The translations under genes were made by a program, and so were the position numbers. From Vulcanimicrobiota bacterium (GTDB lineage: Bacteria; Vulcanimicrobiota; Vulcanimicrobiia; Vulcanimicrobiales; Vulcanimicrobiaceae), in contig OY968762.1 in the NCBI GenBank assembly GCA_963695225.1, forward strand, positions 2,080,001 to 2,144,000: DNA of 64,000 nt. The letters are read 5' to 3'. Under the pieces are notes generated by a model. That model did no database searches, was not told where the DNA came from, and saw nothing but the letters and a program-made list of their open reading frames with translations. Below are positions 54,851-64,000 of the stretch, in pieces. The first letter of the stretch is position 1, and each line of letters begins with the position of its first letter.

Positions 54851-56137
54851 ATGCTCACGTTGCGCACGACGTTCTCAGACCGCCACGATCTCGTGCGCTA
54901 CCTCGCGGCGGAGTTTCCGTTCGCGCCCGATCGTGGCGGGAGCACGGGGAAGATGCGCGGCGGGCGAAAAGCCGGCCTCGCGCTGCTTGCGGAGATCTCG
55001 CCGGAACGGTATGCGCGGACGCGCACGTTCTTGGGCGGAAACGTCACGTATCTCGGGCCGTATCTTCGGCACGGCTTGCTCGGGCTCGTCGAAGTGCGCG
55101 ATCGCGCGCTCTCTCGCGTTCCGAACGCGGCGCGCGCCGAGGATTTCATGCGCAACCTCGCGTGGCGCGATTATTGGCGGCGGGTCTACGAGTGCCTCGG
55201 CGCAGGCGTGTGGGAAGATGTTGAACCGTACAAGACCGGCTACCGCGCCCGCGACTACGAGTGGGACCTGCCCTGGGACGTGATCTCCGGGAATACGGGC
55301 TACGGGTGCGTCGATGCGTTCCTCCGGGAACTCGTCGATACGGGCTACCTGCACCATCGCGCGCGGACGTGGTTTGCAGCCTGGCTCGTGCACGAACGCC
55401 GCGTCCGCTGGCAGGCGGGCGCGCAGTTCTTCCTCACCCACTTGCTCGACGGCGATCCGGCGAGCAACAACCTCTCGTGGCAGTGGGTCGCGAGCACGTT
55501 TTCGAACAAGCCGTACTTCTTCGGCCGCGAGAATTTCGCACGCTACGGCGGCACGACGTGCGCGGCGTGCGCGCAGGGCCCCGAGGGGTGCCCGTTCGGG
55601 TCGATCCGCGCAGCCGCGAATCCGCAGTTCGGGCGCGTGGTTCCGGCTCTGCTCGAGCGACGCCGGCTCCCAGTCGAGCCCGACCCGCCGCTCGAGCGGA
55701 TCGAACCCGTGCCGCACGCGATCGTGTGGCTCAACGACGACGCGCTCGCGCTCGACGCGCGCCTAGCCGCCGCGGCGCCAGGCGCGCCGCTCGTCTACGT
55801 CTTCGACGAGAAGCGCTTGCGCGAGCTGCGCTGGTCGCTCAAGCGGATCGTTTTCGTCTTCGAGAGCGCGCTCGAAAGCGGTGCGGCGATCCTGCGCGGA
55901 CCGACCGTCCCAACCCTCGCGGAGTTCGCCGCAGCGAACGGGGCGGAACGCGTCGTCACCCGGCGTTCGCCGGACCCCTGGATCAAGAAGTCGATCGAGG
56001 CGAGCCTGCTGCCGGCCCTCACCGTCGAGGCGGAGCCGTTCGTGCAGCTCGAGCGCAGAGTCGACTTACGGAGGTTCGAGCCCTATTGGCGCAGCGCGAA
56101 ATGCTCGCTCGCGGCCAGGGAAGAGGCGGAACGATAG
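54851..56137 (+). CDS. Photolyase-like protein with the FAD domain first, a Cys cluster and a C-terminal antenna-like domain
   Basis: YARTRTFLGGNVTYLGPYLRHG, LAWRDY, TGYLHHRAR, LLDGDPASNNLSWQWVA, CAAC.....CPF; then IVWLNDDAL...VYVFD...KRIVF. Confidence 0.82.
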   Translation: MLTLRTTFSDRHDLVRYLAAEFPFAPDRGGSTGKMRGGRKAGLALLAEISPERYARTRTFLGGNVTYLGPYLRHGLLGLVEVRDRALSRVPNAARAEDFMRNLAWRDYWRRVYECLGAGVWEDVEPYKTGYRARDYEWDLPWDVISGNTGYGCVDAFLRELVDTGYLHHRARTWFAAWLVHERRVRWQAGAQFFLTHLLDGDPASNNLSWQWVASTFSNKPYFFGRENFARYGGTTCAACAQGPEGCPFGSIRAAANPQFGRVVPALLERRRLPVEPDPPLERIEPVPHAIVWLNDDALALDARLAAAAPGAPLVYVFDEKRLRELRWSLKRIVFVFESALESGAAILRGPTVPTLAEFAAANGAERVVTRRSPDPWIKKSIEASLLPALTVEAEPFVQLERRVDLRRFEPYWRSAKCSLAAREEAER

Positions 56138-56209
56138 CGTCGCGAGCGCACCTGCGCTGCGGAACGTTCGGGGGAAGAGAATTCGACGGACCTGGACATC
56201 GCCAAGCGC

Positions 56210-56341
56210 CTAGAGCCGGACTCCCCAGCCAGGGAAGATCTTATTGCTGCGCGGGGTCGGGATGATCGTGCGCCGGTCGTCCCGGGCATTATCGCCGGCG
56301 GGGAGGCGTGCGAGCGGGAGGCTCGCGATCGGGGTCTCCAT
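56210..56341 (-). CDS. Putative 43-aa small protein
   Basis: GAGAGG RBS; extended -10 TGcTATGCT at 56391-56399; fills an otherwise empty gap. Confidence 0.3.
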   Translation of the reverse strand: METPIASLPLARLPAGDNARDDRRTIIPTPRSNKIFPGWGVRL

Positions 56342-56507
56342 TGCGGTACCGTCCTCTCGACGTCGTGCGTCGTAGTAGTTGGTGCCGAGCAGCATAGCAC
56401 GAAGCCCGCTTCCGGGATGTGAAGTTCGCCGAAAGTCCCAGGTTTGCCTCAGAATGTTCTCAGGCGCACCTATGAGCGCCGGCCGCTCTCGGGTGCGCGC
56501 CCTAGCG

Positions 56508-57677
56508 CTACTTCAGAACGAACGTCGAGGGGTGGGCCGAGCGGACGTATTTCCACTTGCCGCCCGAGACCGTGTAGAAGTACGCGTTGGGGTCGAGCGG
56601 ATCGCCGCCCGGCAAGAACTGCACCGTGCCGACGACCGTATCGTAGGCGTACGGCATCGCGAGCGCGCGCGCGGCAGCGACCCGATCGCCTGCGCCGACG
56701 CGCTTGCAGGCCGCGATCGCCATTTGTGCCGCGGCGTAGGAGAACGTCGAAAGCGGCGTCATCTCGCCGTACTTCGATTCGAAATCGGCGCGGATCCGGA
56801 ACACGGAAGGCGCGAGCGCGAGGGGCGGCATCGACGAGGAGACCGTCAGCCCTTCGGCGTCGGTCCCGTACTTCGCGATCGTCTCGGCATCGAAGAAGCC
56901 CTGGGAGGCGTAGAACGCGCCCTTGTAGCCGGCGGCGCGCAAGGCGGGGACGACCGGGCCCATGTCGCGCACGAGGCCGGCTAGGAAGATCGCGTCGGGG
57001 TCGTGCGCGAGCGTCTCTTTGGCGACCGCCGTGAAATTCGGTTTGTCCCAGGAGAAGCCGAACGCTTTTGCCGGGATCTTGTCCGCGTCCAACTGCTGCT
57101 GCGCGCCGATGGCGACGTCGTAGCCGTAATCGCCGTCTTGGCTGAGGATGACGACCTGCCGCGGTTTCGAAAGCGCCACCAGCGTCTTGGCGGCGAGCCG
57201 CCCCTCGGTGGAATCCTTCGTCGTCAGGCGCCACACGTAGGGGTAGTTGTGCGAAGTGAGGCGATCGAGCGTCGAGGCGGGGATGATGACGGGCATCCCC
57301 GCGAGCGCGTACGTGCGCAGCGCGGTGTCGGTGATCGTGCCGCTGAGGTGGCCGATCACGCACGAGATGCCTTGATCGTCGCAGGCGAACTGCGCGTTCA
57401 CGATCCCCGATGCGAGCTGATTCTGATCGTCGAACGTGCGGATCGCATAGATGCGGTCGAGCGAGCCGCGCCGGCTGTTCGCATCGTCGATCGCGGCGCG
57501 GACGCCGTTGCCGATCTGCTCGCCGAGGCGCACGTCGTTTCCGGTGAACGGAGCGACGACGCCGAGCGTCGTCACGGGCGCCATCGTTTGATCGCCGAAG
57601 AAGGCGCACGCCGGGCGGGCGAGCGCCCCTGCCGCGAGCGCCGTCGCGCCGCCGAGAAACGTGCCGCGCGCGATCAT
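56508..57677 (-). CDS. Branched-chain amino acid ABC transporter substrate-binding protein (LivJ-like)
   Basis: LGVVAPFTG, FDDQ, VIGHLSG, DGDYG, SYAAAQ, GTVQF. Confidence 0.85.
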   Translation of the reverse strand: MIARGTFLGGATALAAGALARPACAFFGDQTMAPVTTLGVVAPFTGNDVRLGEQIGNGVRAAIDDANSRRGSLDRIYAIRTFDDQNQLASGIVNAQFACDDQGISCVIGHLSGTITDTALRTYALAGMPVIIPASTLDRLTSHNYPYVWRLTTKDSTEGRLAAKTLVALSKPRQVVILSQDGDYGYDVAIGAQQQLDADKIPAKAFGFSWDKPNFTAVAKETLAHDPDAIFLAGLVRDMGPVVPALRAAGYKGAFYASQGFFDAETIAKYGTDAEGLTVSSSMPPLALAPSVFRIRADFESKYGEMTPLSTFSYAAAQMAIAACKRVGAGDRVAAARALAMPYAYDTVVGTVQFLPGGDPLDPNAYFYTVSGGKWKYVRSAHPSTFVLK

Positions 57678-58558
57678 CGCGCCGCGAGCATTCCGGCGAG
57701 CGTTGTCGCGAGGAAGCAGATCGAGAAGATCATGTTGGCGACGAAGATGCGATCGTTCAGCGCGAAGACGTCGTCCGCGTCGCGCAGCAGCCGCACTTCG
57801 TAGAGCGTCAGCGCGAGCGAGAGCGCGACGCCGGCGTAGCCGATCGGCCCCACCCCGCCGAGAACGACCGTCGCCGCCAGCAGCGCCGTCATGGCGAGAT
57901 GCATCGCGACCGGTAGGCGCCGTCCGCTCGCGGTGCCGAAGCGCGCCGGCAGCGAACGGATGTTCTGCGCGATATCGACGTCGCGGTCCATCAGCGCGTA
58001 GATGATGTCGAAGCCCGCGACCCAGAGCGTGACCGCGAGGAACAGCGCGAGGGCCGCCCACGAGATCGTCCCGGCGATCGCGACGTAGGCTCCCAGCGGC
58101 GCGAACCCGTCGACCGCGCCGAGGACGAAGTGCACGCCCCAGGTGAAGCGCTTGCAGTAGGGGTAGACCACGATGCCGAGCGCGGCCAGCGGCAACAGCA
58201 TCACGCAGAGCGGGTTCAGCTCGTAGGCGGCAAGCAGCAGCAGAGCTATGCCGAGCCCGGCGGCCCAGAGCATCGTCGCGGGCGCGAGCGCCCCGCTTGC
58301 GACCGCACGGCGCGCGGTCCGCGGATTCTTCGCGTCGATCTCCCGGTCGGCATAACGGTTCACCGCCATCGCGGCCGTGCGCGCGCCGAGAACGGCGAGC
58401 GTGATCCACGCGAACTGCCACGCCGTCGGGAGGCCGCGCGCGGCGAGGACGGCGCCCGTGTACGCGAACGGCAGCGCGAAGAGCGTATGCTCGATGCGGA
58501 TCTCTTTGAGGAAGAGGCGCACGACGGCCCCGAAGTCGGTCGATCGCTCTGCTATCAC
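57674..58558 (-). CDS. UbiA-family prenyltransferase (MqnP-like)
   Basis: IEHTLFALPFAY, NRYADREIDAKNPRTARR, YPYCKRFT, WVAGFDIIYALMD. Confidence 0.9.
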   Translation of the reverse strand: MIAERSTDFGAVVRLFLKEIRIEHTLFALPFAYTGAVLAARGLPTAWQFAWITLAVLGARTAAMAVNRYADREIDAKNPRTARRAVASGALAPATMLWAAGLGIALLLLAAYELNPLCVMLLPLAALGIVVYPYCKRFTWGVHFVLGAVDGFAPLGAYVAIAGTISWAALALFLAVTLWVAGFDIIYALMDRDVDIAQNIRSLPARFGTASGRRLPVAMHLAMTALLAATVVLGGVGPIGYAGVALSLALTLYEVRLLRDADDVFALNDRIFVANMIFSICFLATTLAGMLAAR

Positions 58559-60153
58559 GGCTGGAGCGCTTCCGTTTCGCCCCCTGGCAGGGGGACCCCG
58601 TTCGCCCGCAGCGGGCCCGGGTCGAGCGCTTCGCGCGGAACGCCGGCCTCCGCGAGGAGCCGGCGCAGCGCGGCCGCGCCCTGCCCGGAGGCTGCATCCT
58701 CGTGCGGCACGAGCTTGCCGAGGCCGTATTCGGCCCAGCGTCGCGTCACGAGCGCGCGCGTCTCGGCATCCATGGTGACGTCGGGCGGCCAAGCGCGCTC
58801 GTAGCCTTCGTCGGCGCGCTTGCGCGTGGCGTCGATCCCGAGCTTGTGGCCGAGCGAAGTCAGGTAGGAGCCGCTGTGGTCGAGATCGTCGACGGGGCCC
58901 GGCATCACGACGAGGTCCCGCGACGGATCGACGTTGTTGAGTACGTACCACGCGACCGCGCGCGGATCGTGGACGTCGACGTCATGGTCGACCACGATGA
59001 GGCACCGCGTCAGCATCATCATGTGGCCGAGGCCCCAGAGCGCGTTCATCACCTTCTTCGCCTGGCCGGGATACGATTTCTTGACCGAGACGATGCAGAG
59101 GTTGTGGAAGCCGCCTTCGACGGGCAGGTTGTAATCGACGATCTCGGGGACGACCATCTGCAGCAGCGGGAGGAAGAAGCGCTCCGTCGCTTTTCCGAGC
59201 CAGGCGTCTTCCATCGGCGGTTTGCCGACGACGGTCGCGGCGTAGATCGGATTGCGGCGCCGCGTGACGCACTGCACGTGGAACGTGGGGAAGTAGTCGG
59301 CGAGGCTGTAGACGCCGGTGTGGTCGCCGAACGGCCCCTCGACCCGCAGGTCTTCGTTATCGACGTAGCCCTCGAGCACGAACTCCGCCTCGGCCGGAAC
59401 CTTCAGATCGATCGTCTTGCAGCGCACGAGGTTCACGGATCGGCCGCGCAGGAAGCCCGCGAGCGAGATCTCGTCGACGATCGGCGGGAGCGGCGCCGTC
59501 GCGGCGTACGTGACGGCCGGGTCGGCGCCGATCACGACGGCGACGGGGACCTTGCGCCCCCACTTCGTCGCCTGCGCGCGGCCCTGCTTGTGACGCTGCC
59601 AGTGCATGCCGGTCGTGCGCTCGTCGTAGACCTGCACGCGGTACATGCCGACGTTTTGCGTGCCCGTGACGGGGTCTTTCGTGAAAACGAGCGGGAGAGT
59701 GACGAACGGGCCGCCGTCCATCGGCCAGGTCGTCAGGACCGGCAGCTCGCGCAGGTTCGGCTCGTGCTCGATCACTTCTTGAACGGGGGCGTTGCGCACG
59801 GTATGCGGGATCGCGTTCGCGAGCGCGCCGAGGGAGAGCAGCTTGCCGAGCTTCCCCGTGGCCGTCGGCGGCACGCGCAGGTCGATCGCGGCGCGGATGC
59901 GATCGGCGACCTCCTCGATCGTCTTCGCGCCGAAGGCCAGCGCCATGCGGCGCTCGCTGCCGAACTGGTTCGTGAGCACGGGGTAGCGCGAGCCGGTCAC
60001 GTTCGTGAACAGCAGGGCCGGGCCGCCCGCCTTCACGACGCGGTCGGAGATTTCGGAGATCTCGAGGTACGGGCTGACCGGCACCTTGATCTCTTTGAGC
60101 TCGCCCGCCTTGCGGAGCGCGCGCACGAATTGCCCGAGCGAATCAAATGCCAT
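58555..60153 (-). CDS. UbiD-family decarboxylase (menaquinone futalosine pathway, MqnL-like)
   Basis: GGPALLF, WPMDGGPFVT, NVGMYR, EGPFGDHTG, KLGIDAT; adjacent to the MqnP-like gene. Confidence 0.9.
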   Translation of the reverse strand: MAFDSLGQFVRALRKAGELKEIKVPVSPYLEISEISDRVVKAGGPALLFTNVTGSRYPVLTNQFGSERRMALAFGAKTIEEVADRIRAAIDLRVPPTATGKLGKLLSLGALANAIPHTVRNAPVQEVIEHEPNLRELPVLTTWPMDGGPFVTLPLVFTKDPVTGTQNVGMYRVQVYDERTTGMHWQRHKQGRAQATKWGRKVPVAVVIGADPAVTYAATAPLPPIVDEISLAGFLRGRSVNLVRCKTIDLKVPAEAEFVLEGYVDNEDLRVEGPFGDHTGVYSLADYFPTFHVQCVTRRRNPIYAATVVGKPPMEDAWLGKATERFFLPLLQMVVPEIVDYNLPVEGGFHNLCIVSVKKSYPGQAKKVMNALWGLGHMMMLTRCLIVVDHDVDVHDPRAVAWYVLNNVDPSRDLVVMPGPVDDLDHSGSYLTSLGHKLGIDATRKRADEGYERAWPPDVTMDAETRALVTRRWAEYGLGKLVPHEDAASGQGAAALRRLLAEAGVPREALDPGPLRANGVPLPGGETEALQP

Positions 60154-60230
60154 CGCATCCGAACGTTGGACGGCGGGGACGTTTCCCCCGGCTCCGGGAG
60201 CTTCCCGGAGCCGGGAGGGAGCCTCCCGGC

Positions 60231-62111
60231 CTAGGCGCTGAGCGGGAGCGGTTCGAGCCGCGAGCGGAGCGCCGGAAACTCTTCCGCCGTCAGCGTTTCC
60301 GTTGCGAGCAGGAGGCGCGTCCCTTCGTCGAGGTCGTGGCGGCGCGTCCGCAGGATTTGGAGCGCTCGCGAGCACGCGCGATCGACGATCGCGCGCACCG
60401 CGACGTCGATCTCGCGTGCGGTTGCTTCGGCGATCCCGCTCCGCTCGGCGGGCCGCGGCCCGATGAAGCTCTGCTGAGCCGGCGCATAGGTGCGCTGACC
60501 GAGCTCGGGACTCATGCCGTATCGGGTGACCATTTCGAGCGCGATCTCGGTCGCTTTCTGAAGATCGTCCGACGCGCCGGTCGAAACTTCGCCGTTATAG
60601 ACCAGCGTCTCCGAGGCGCGCCCGCCCATCAAGACGGCGACGCGGTCCTCGAGATCGCCCGCGGCCAAGAGGAAGCGGTCTTCGGTCGGGCTCTGGATCG
60701 TGTACCCGAGCGCGCCGACGCCGCGCGGCACGATCGAGACCTTGAGGACGGGGTCGACGCCCGGCAAGCTGGCGGCGACGAGTGCGTGCCCCATTTCGTG
60801 GTAAGCGACGCGGCGGCGCTCGGCATCGTTGAGCAGGCGGCTCTTTTTCTCGAGCCCTGCGACGATGCGCTCGATCGCCGCCGTGAAATCCTGCCGCGTC
60901 ACGGCGTCGGCCTTCCGCCGGGTCGCCAGGAGCGCGGCCTCGTTCACGAGATTCGCGAGATCGGCGCCCGTGAAGCCGGTCGTGATCCCGGCGATCGCGC
61001 TCAAGTCGATGCTTTGCTCGGTGACGATTTTAGCGGCGTGCACTTTGAGAATCTCGGCGCGCCCCTTGCGGTCCGGGCGGTCGACGAGGACCTGGCGATC
61101 GAAGCGTCCGGCGCGCAGGAGCGCCGGATCGAGCACCTCCGGCCGGTTCGTCGAGGCCAGCAACATCACCGCGACGCTCGGATCGAAACCGTCGAGTTCC
61201 GTGAGAAGCTGATTGAGCGTCTGGTCTTTTTCGTCGAAGCCGCCCCCGAAGGCACCCTGGGCCCGGCTGCGGCCCAGCGCATCCATCTCGTCGATGAAGA
61301 CGATGCAGGGCGCCGCTTTGCGAGCCTGCTCGAAGAGGTCGCGCACGCGAGCGGCGCCGACGCCGACGAACATTTCCACGAACTCGGAGCCGGAGATCGA
61401 GAAGAACGGAACCTGCGCCTCGCCGGCGACGGCGCGCGCGAGGAGCGTCTTCCCGGTGCCGGGCGGTCCCACGAGCAAAATGCCCTTCGGAACGCGTGCT
61501 CCGAGGCGGCCGTAGCTCTTCGCGTCGCGCAGGAACGCGACGACCTCTTCGAGTTCGGCCTTCGCTTCGTCGACGCCGGCGACGTCCTTGAACGTCGTTT
61601 TCGTGTCCGTCTCGACGAACATCTTCGCGCGCGACTTGCCGATCGCCATCGCGCCGTTGATGCGCTGCTCTTGCCGTTCGGCGGCCCGCTTGATTCCGAA
61701 GTTCCAGATCAAGTAGAAGGCGCCCAGCGGCACGATCCACGACAGGATGAATCCGACGAAACCGTTCGAGGTCTCGCCGCCGTATGCGACGCCTTGCTTC
61801 GCCAGTTTATCCGCGAGCTGCGGATCGACTCTCGTCGTCACGAAGCGGCGTCGCCCGTTCGGCAGCGGCGTTTTCAGCGTGCCCTCGATGCTGTTCGGCC
61901 CCACGGAGACCGCGGCGACGTCTCCGCCGGCCAGGAGGCGTTCGAACTGGCTGTACGGGATCGACGTGCTCTGATTGAATTGCGTCCAAAATGTCTGGAA
62001 TGCGACAAATAGCACAAGCGCGATTCCGACGTACGCGATCGTGATGCGGCGCCTGTTCGGGTCGGGGTTCTTCGTTGCGTCGGTGTCCGGCTTCGGGGCG
62101 TTCTTTTCCAT
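60231..62111 (-). CDS. ftsH: ATP-dependent zinc metalloprotease FtsH
   Basis: Two TM helices, [33 protein letters not shown]. Confidence 0.95.
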   Translation of the reverse strand: MEKNAPKPDTDATKNPDPNRRRITIAYVGIALVLFVAFQTFWTQFNQSTSIPYSQFERLLAGGDVAAVSVGPNSIEGTLKTPLPNGRRRFVTTRVDPQLADKLAKQGVAYGGETSNGFVGFILSWIVPLGAFYLIWNFGIKRAAERQEQRINGAMAIGKSRAKMFVETDTKTTFKDVAGVDEAKAELEEVVAFLRDAKSYGRLGARVPKGILLVGPPGTGKTLLARAVAGEAQVPFFSISGSEFVEMFVGVGAARVRDLFEQARKAAPCIVFIDEMDALGRSRAQGAFGGGFDEKDQTLNQLLTELDGFDPSVAVMLLASTNRPEVLDPALLRAGRFDRQVLVDRPDRKGRAEILKVHAAKIVTEQSIDLSAIAGITTGFTGADLANLVNEAALLATRRKADAVTRQDFTAAIERIVAGLEKKSRLLNDAERRRVAYHEMGHALVAASLPGVDPVLKVSIVPRGVGALGYTIQSPTEDRFLLAAGDLEDRVAVLMGGRASETLVYNGEVSTGASDDLQKATEIALEMVTRYGMSPELGQRTYAPAQQSFIGPRPAERSGIAEATAREIDVAVRAIVDRACSRALQILRTRRHDLDEGTRLLLATETLTAEEFPALRSRLEPLPLSA

Positions 62112-62155
62112 AGCGACTATCTGACGCCGCCGGCGAAAAAATTCGTCCCGCCGCT

Positions 62156-62455
62156 TCACGCCGGTCCGCCGCCCGCCGCCTCCCGCAGGCGCGCGAGCGC
62201 CTCTGCGTATGAGAGGCCGGAGATCTTCCATGCCTTCTCCCTCGCGCGCGCGCCGCGGGCGAGTTCGATGCGGCTGGGCGCTATGCCGAGCGCCTGGGCG
62301 AGCGCCGCCCGGACGGCGTCGTTCGCGCTGCCTTCGACCGGACGCTCGCGGACGCGCACTTCGACTGTATCACCGTCGAGTACGATCCCGGGGCGCTTGT
62401 GGTTCGGCTTCACTCGAACGGCGAGCAGAGCGCTCGGGGGCGGCGGCGCTTTCAC
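62156..62455 (-). CDS. DUF167 (YggU) family protein
   Basis: VRVKP, VRERPVEGSANDAV, GARAREK. Confidence 0.85.
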   Translation of the reverse strand: MKAPPPPSALLAVRVKPNHKRPGIVLDGDTVEVRVRERPVEGSANDAVRAALAQALGIAPSRIELARGARAREKAWKISGLSYAEALARLREAAGGGPA

Positions 62456-62493
62456 GCCGAGGACTTTCGCTCGCCGAAGGCGATCCCATCCGC

Positions 62494-62787
62494 ATGGAGT
62501 TCTTGGCTATCACGCGACGTCGCGTCGAGACGTTTTCGCCCGCTCAATTCGACGAAGTGCTCGAAACGGAGGCCGAACGCGCGCGCACGCTCTTCGCAAA
62601 TGGAACGTTCCGTCACATCTGGAGCCGCGGAGATCTTGCAGGTGCGATGATTCTCATCGAAGCCCCATCGCTCGCCGAGGCGCAGGCGGCGATCGATTCG
62701 CTACCGCTCAAAGAACTCGAGATGATGGAGGTGACGATCGTCCCGCTCTTGCCGTATCGCGGTTTCGGGCCGCGCGCGAAGAGCTGA
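62494..62787 (+). CDS. Muconolactone delta-isomerase-like protein
   Basis: EAERARTL...RHIWSR...SLPL...VTIVPL. Confidence 0.7.
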   Translation: MEFLAITRRRVETFSPAQFDEVLETEAERARTLFANGTFRHIWSRGDLAGAMILIEAPSLAEAQAAIDSLPLKELEMMEVTIVPLLPYRGFGPRAKS

Positions 62788-62810
62788 GCAGCTCGCGTGC
62801 GGCGGCGTGC

Positions 62811-63068
62811 TCAATCGTCGTCGAGGCGCGAGTGGTTCTTCCAGAGCGGCATCGAGCGCATGTACTCGCGCGTCGTCGCCTCCGCATGTTCGCGCGGAAG
62901 ACCGTCTTGACGCATCGTCCACTCGACCATTCGCTCGAAGCGCTCGTCGAACTGCTGTAGCGTACCGTCGGCCCGGCTGCAGTATCTGCAATGCAGGCTG
63001 CTCGGGTTTCCCGGCGCGTGATCGTCGGGCTCGTGCATGGGCATTCCGCAGCTCTGGCAATTCATCAT
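62811..63068 (-). CDS. Zinc-ribbon domain protein
   Basis: CQSCGMPM...CRYC...MPLWK. Confidence 0.8.
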   Translation of the reverse strand: MMNCQSCGMPMHEPDDHAPGNPSSLHCRYCSRADGTLQQFDERFERMVEWTMRQDGLPREHAEATTREYMRSMPLWKNHSRLDDD

Positions 63069-63152
63069 GAGCGACGCCTTCTCCGACACGGACCCCACGT
63101 GGTATTCCGGGCCGAGCCGCCGCTTCTTTTTCGGGGATGTGGGCCTTTCGTG

Positions 63153-64000
63153 CTACGCGTAGACCGCGCGGCGCGCGGCGAGATAGGCGGCGACGCCTTC
63201 GCGCCAATCGGGCAAATCGGGAATGCCCAAGCGTTCGATGCCGCGGTGTGCGAGCGCGGAGTAATGCGGTCGCCGAGGCAGTTGTGTAGAGTCGGCTTGC
63301 ACTCGCTCGATCGAGGCGGAGATGCCTGCTTGCCGGATCGCCTCTTCGGCAAGGTCGTACCACGAGCACGCGCCGGTGTTGGAGACGTGATACGTGCCGA
63401 ATGCGCCGTGTTCGATGATGCGCCAAATTGCCGTGACGACGTGCTCCACGTACGAAGGCGAGAAGACGATGTCGTCGACCACCTGCAACGGCGTGCCCGC
63501 GCCCGCGGCGCGCAGCATTCGCTCGACGAACGTGACGCCTTTGCTGCGCGAGGGATGGATGCTGTAGAGACCGCTCGTGCGGAAGATGTAGTGTTCGCGC
63601 GCGTGCCGCGCGAGCAGATGTTCGCCTGCGAGCTTCGAAGCGCCGTACACGTTGACGGGCGTAGCGCGGTCGTCTTCGGAGTACGGCGTCTCCGACTCGC
63701 CGTCGAAGACGTAATCCGTGCTGATGTGCGCGAAGACGACGCCGTGCGCGGCGCAGCCCGCCGCGATCTCGTCGACGGCGTGCGCGTTGAGCTCGAACGC
63801 AAGCTTCGGGTTCGCCTCGCACAACGCGACGTCGTGATAGGCCGCGCAGTTGATGAGCAGCGACGGCCGGTAACGCTCGAGCGCTTCGACGATCGTCGGA
63901 GGGTCCAAGAGATCGATCTCGGGGCGCTGCAGCGCTATCGGGTCGGTCTCGGCGAAGGCGGAGAGGAGTGAGAGGCCGAGTTGGCCCGACGCTCCGACGA
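63153..64000 (-). CDS. rfbD: dTDP-4-dehydrorhamnose reductase; the 5' end lies outside the window
   Basis: VGASGQLG at the window edge, INCAAY, HISTDYVFDG, YGASKLAGE, RPHYSAL. Confidence 0.9.
   Translation of the reverse strand, partial: VGASGQLGLSLLSAFAETDPIALQRPEIDLLDPPTIVEALERYRPSLLINCAAYHDVALCEANPKLAFELNAHAVDEIAAGCAAHGVVFAHISTDYVFDGESETPYSEDDRATPVNVYGASKLAGEHLLARHAREHYIFRTSGLYSIHPSRSKGVTFVERMLRAAGAGTPLQVVDDIVFSPSYVEHVVTAIWRIIEHGAFGTYHVSNTGACSWYDLAEEAIRQAGISASIERVQADSTQLPRRPHYSALAHRGIERLGIPDLPDWREGVAAYLAARRAVYA

Noticed and set aside
54836..54853. SigB-like promoter before the photolyase (GGTTT...GGGTAT)
   Set aside because: The spacer is only 6 bp and the putative -10 overlaps the start codon.

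Overview
GC-rich bacterial chromosomal segment. Gene order and GAAC-N4-GTTC SOS boxes suggest a Terrabacteria lineage, tentatively Ca. Eremiobacterota/Vulcanimicrobiota (inference only). It contains: a MoxR/DUF58/RDD/SpoIIM membrane cluster; minC-minD-minD-minE-rodA-rne with two tandem minD genes; ftsE-ftsX-M23 peptidase followed by two tandem S41 proteases; a YhaO/YhaN-like nuclease-ATPase pair; a split imuA/imuB/dnaE2 mutasome in which each gene has its own near-identical LexA-boxed promoter; a SigB-like general-stress island and a VapBC toxin-antitoxin pair between the mutasome genes; alkA; an inverted-domain Fe-S photolyase; futalosine-pathway-like ubiA/ubiD genes; ftsH; and rfbD. The most striking unannotated signal is a family of five 160-250 bp multi-hairpin repeats. 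Each starts with GGTAG, and the copies show extensive compensatory base changes and strand-specific G-T pairs. One copy is inserted in frame inside dnaE2 and shares 106 identical bp, in inverted orientation, with a copy just upstream of the dnaE2 promoter. No rRNA, tRNA, CRISPR array or transposase was recognised. All product calls come from motif recognition, not database searches.
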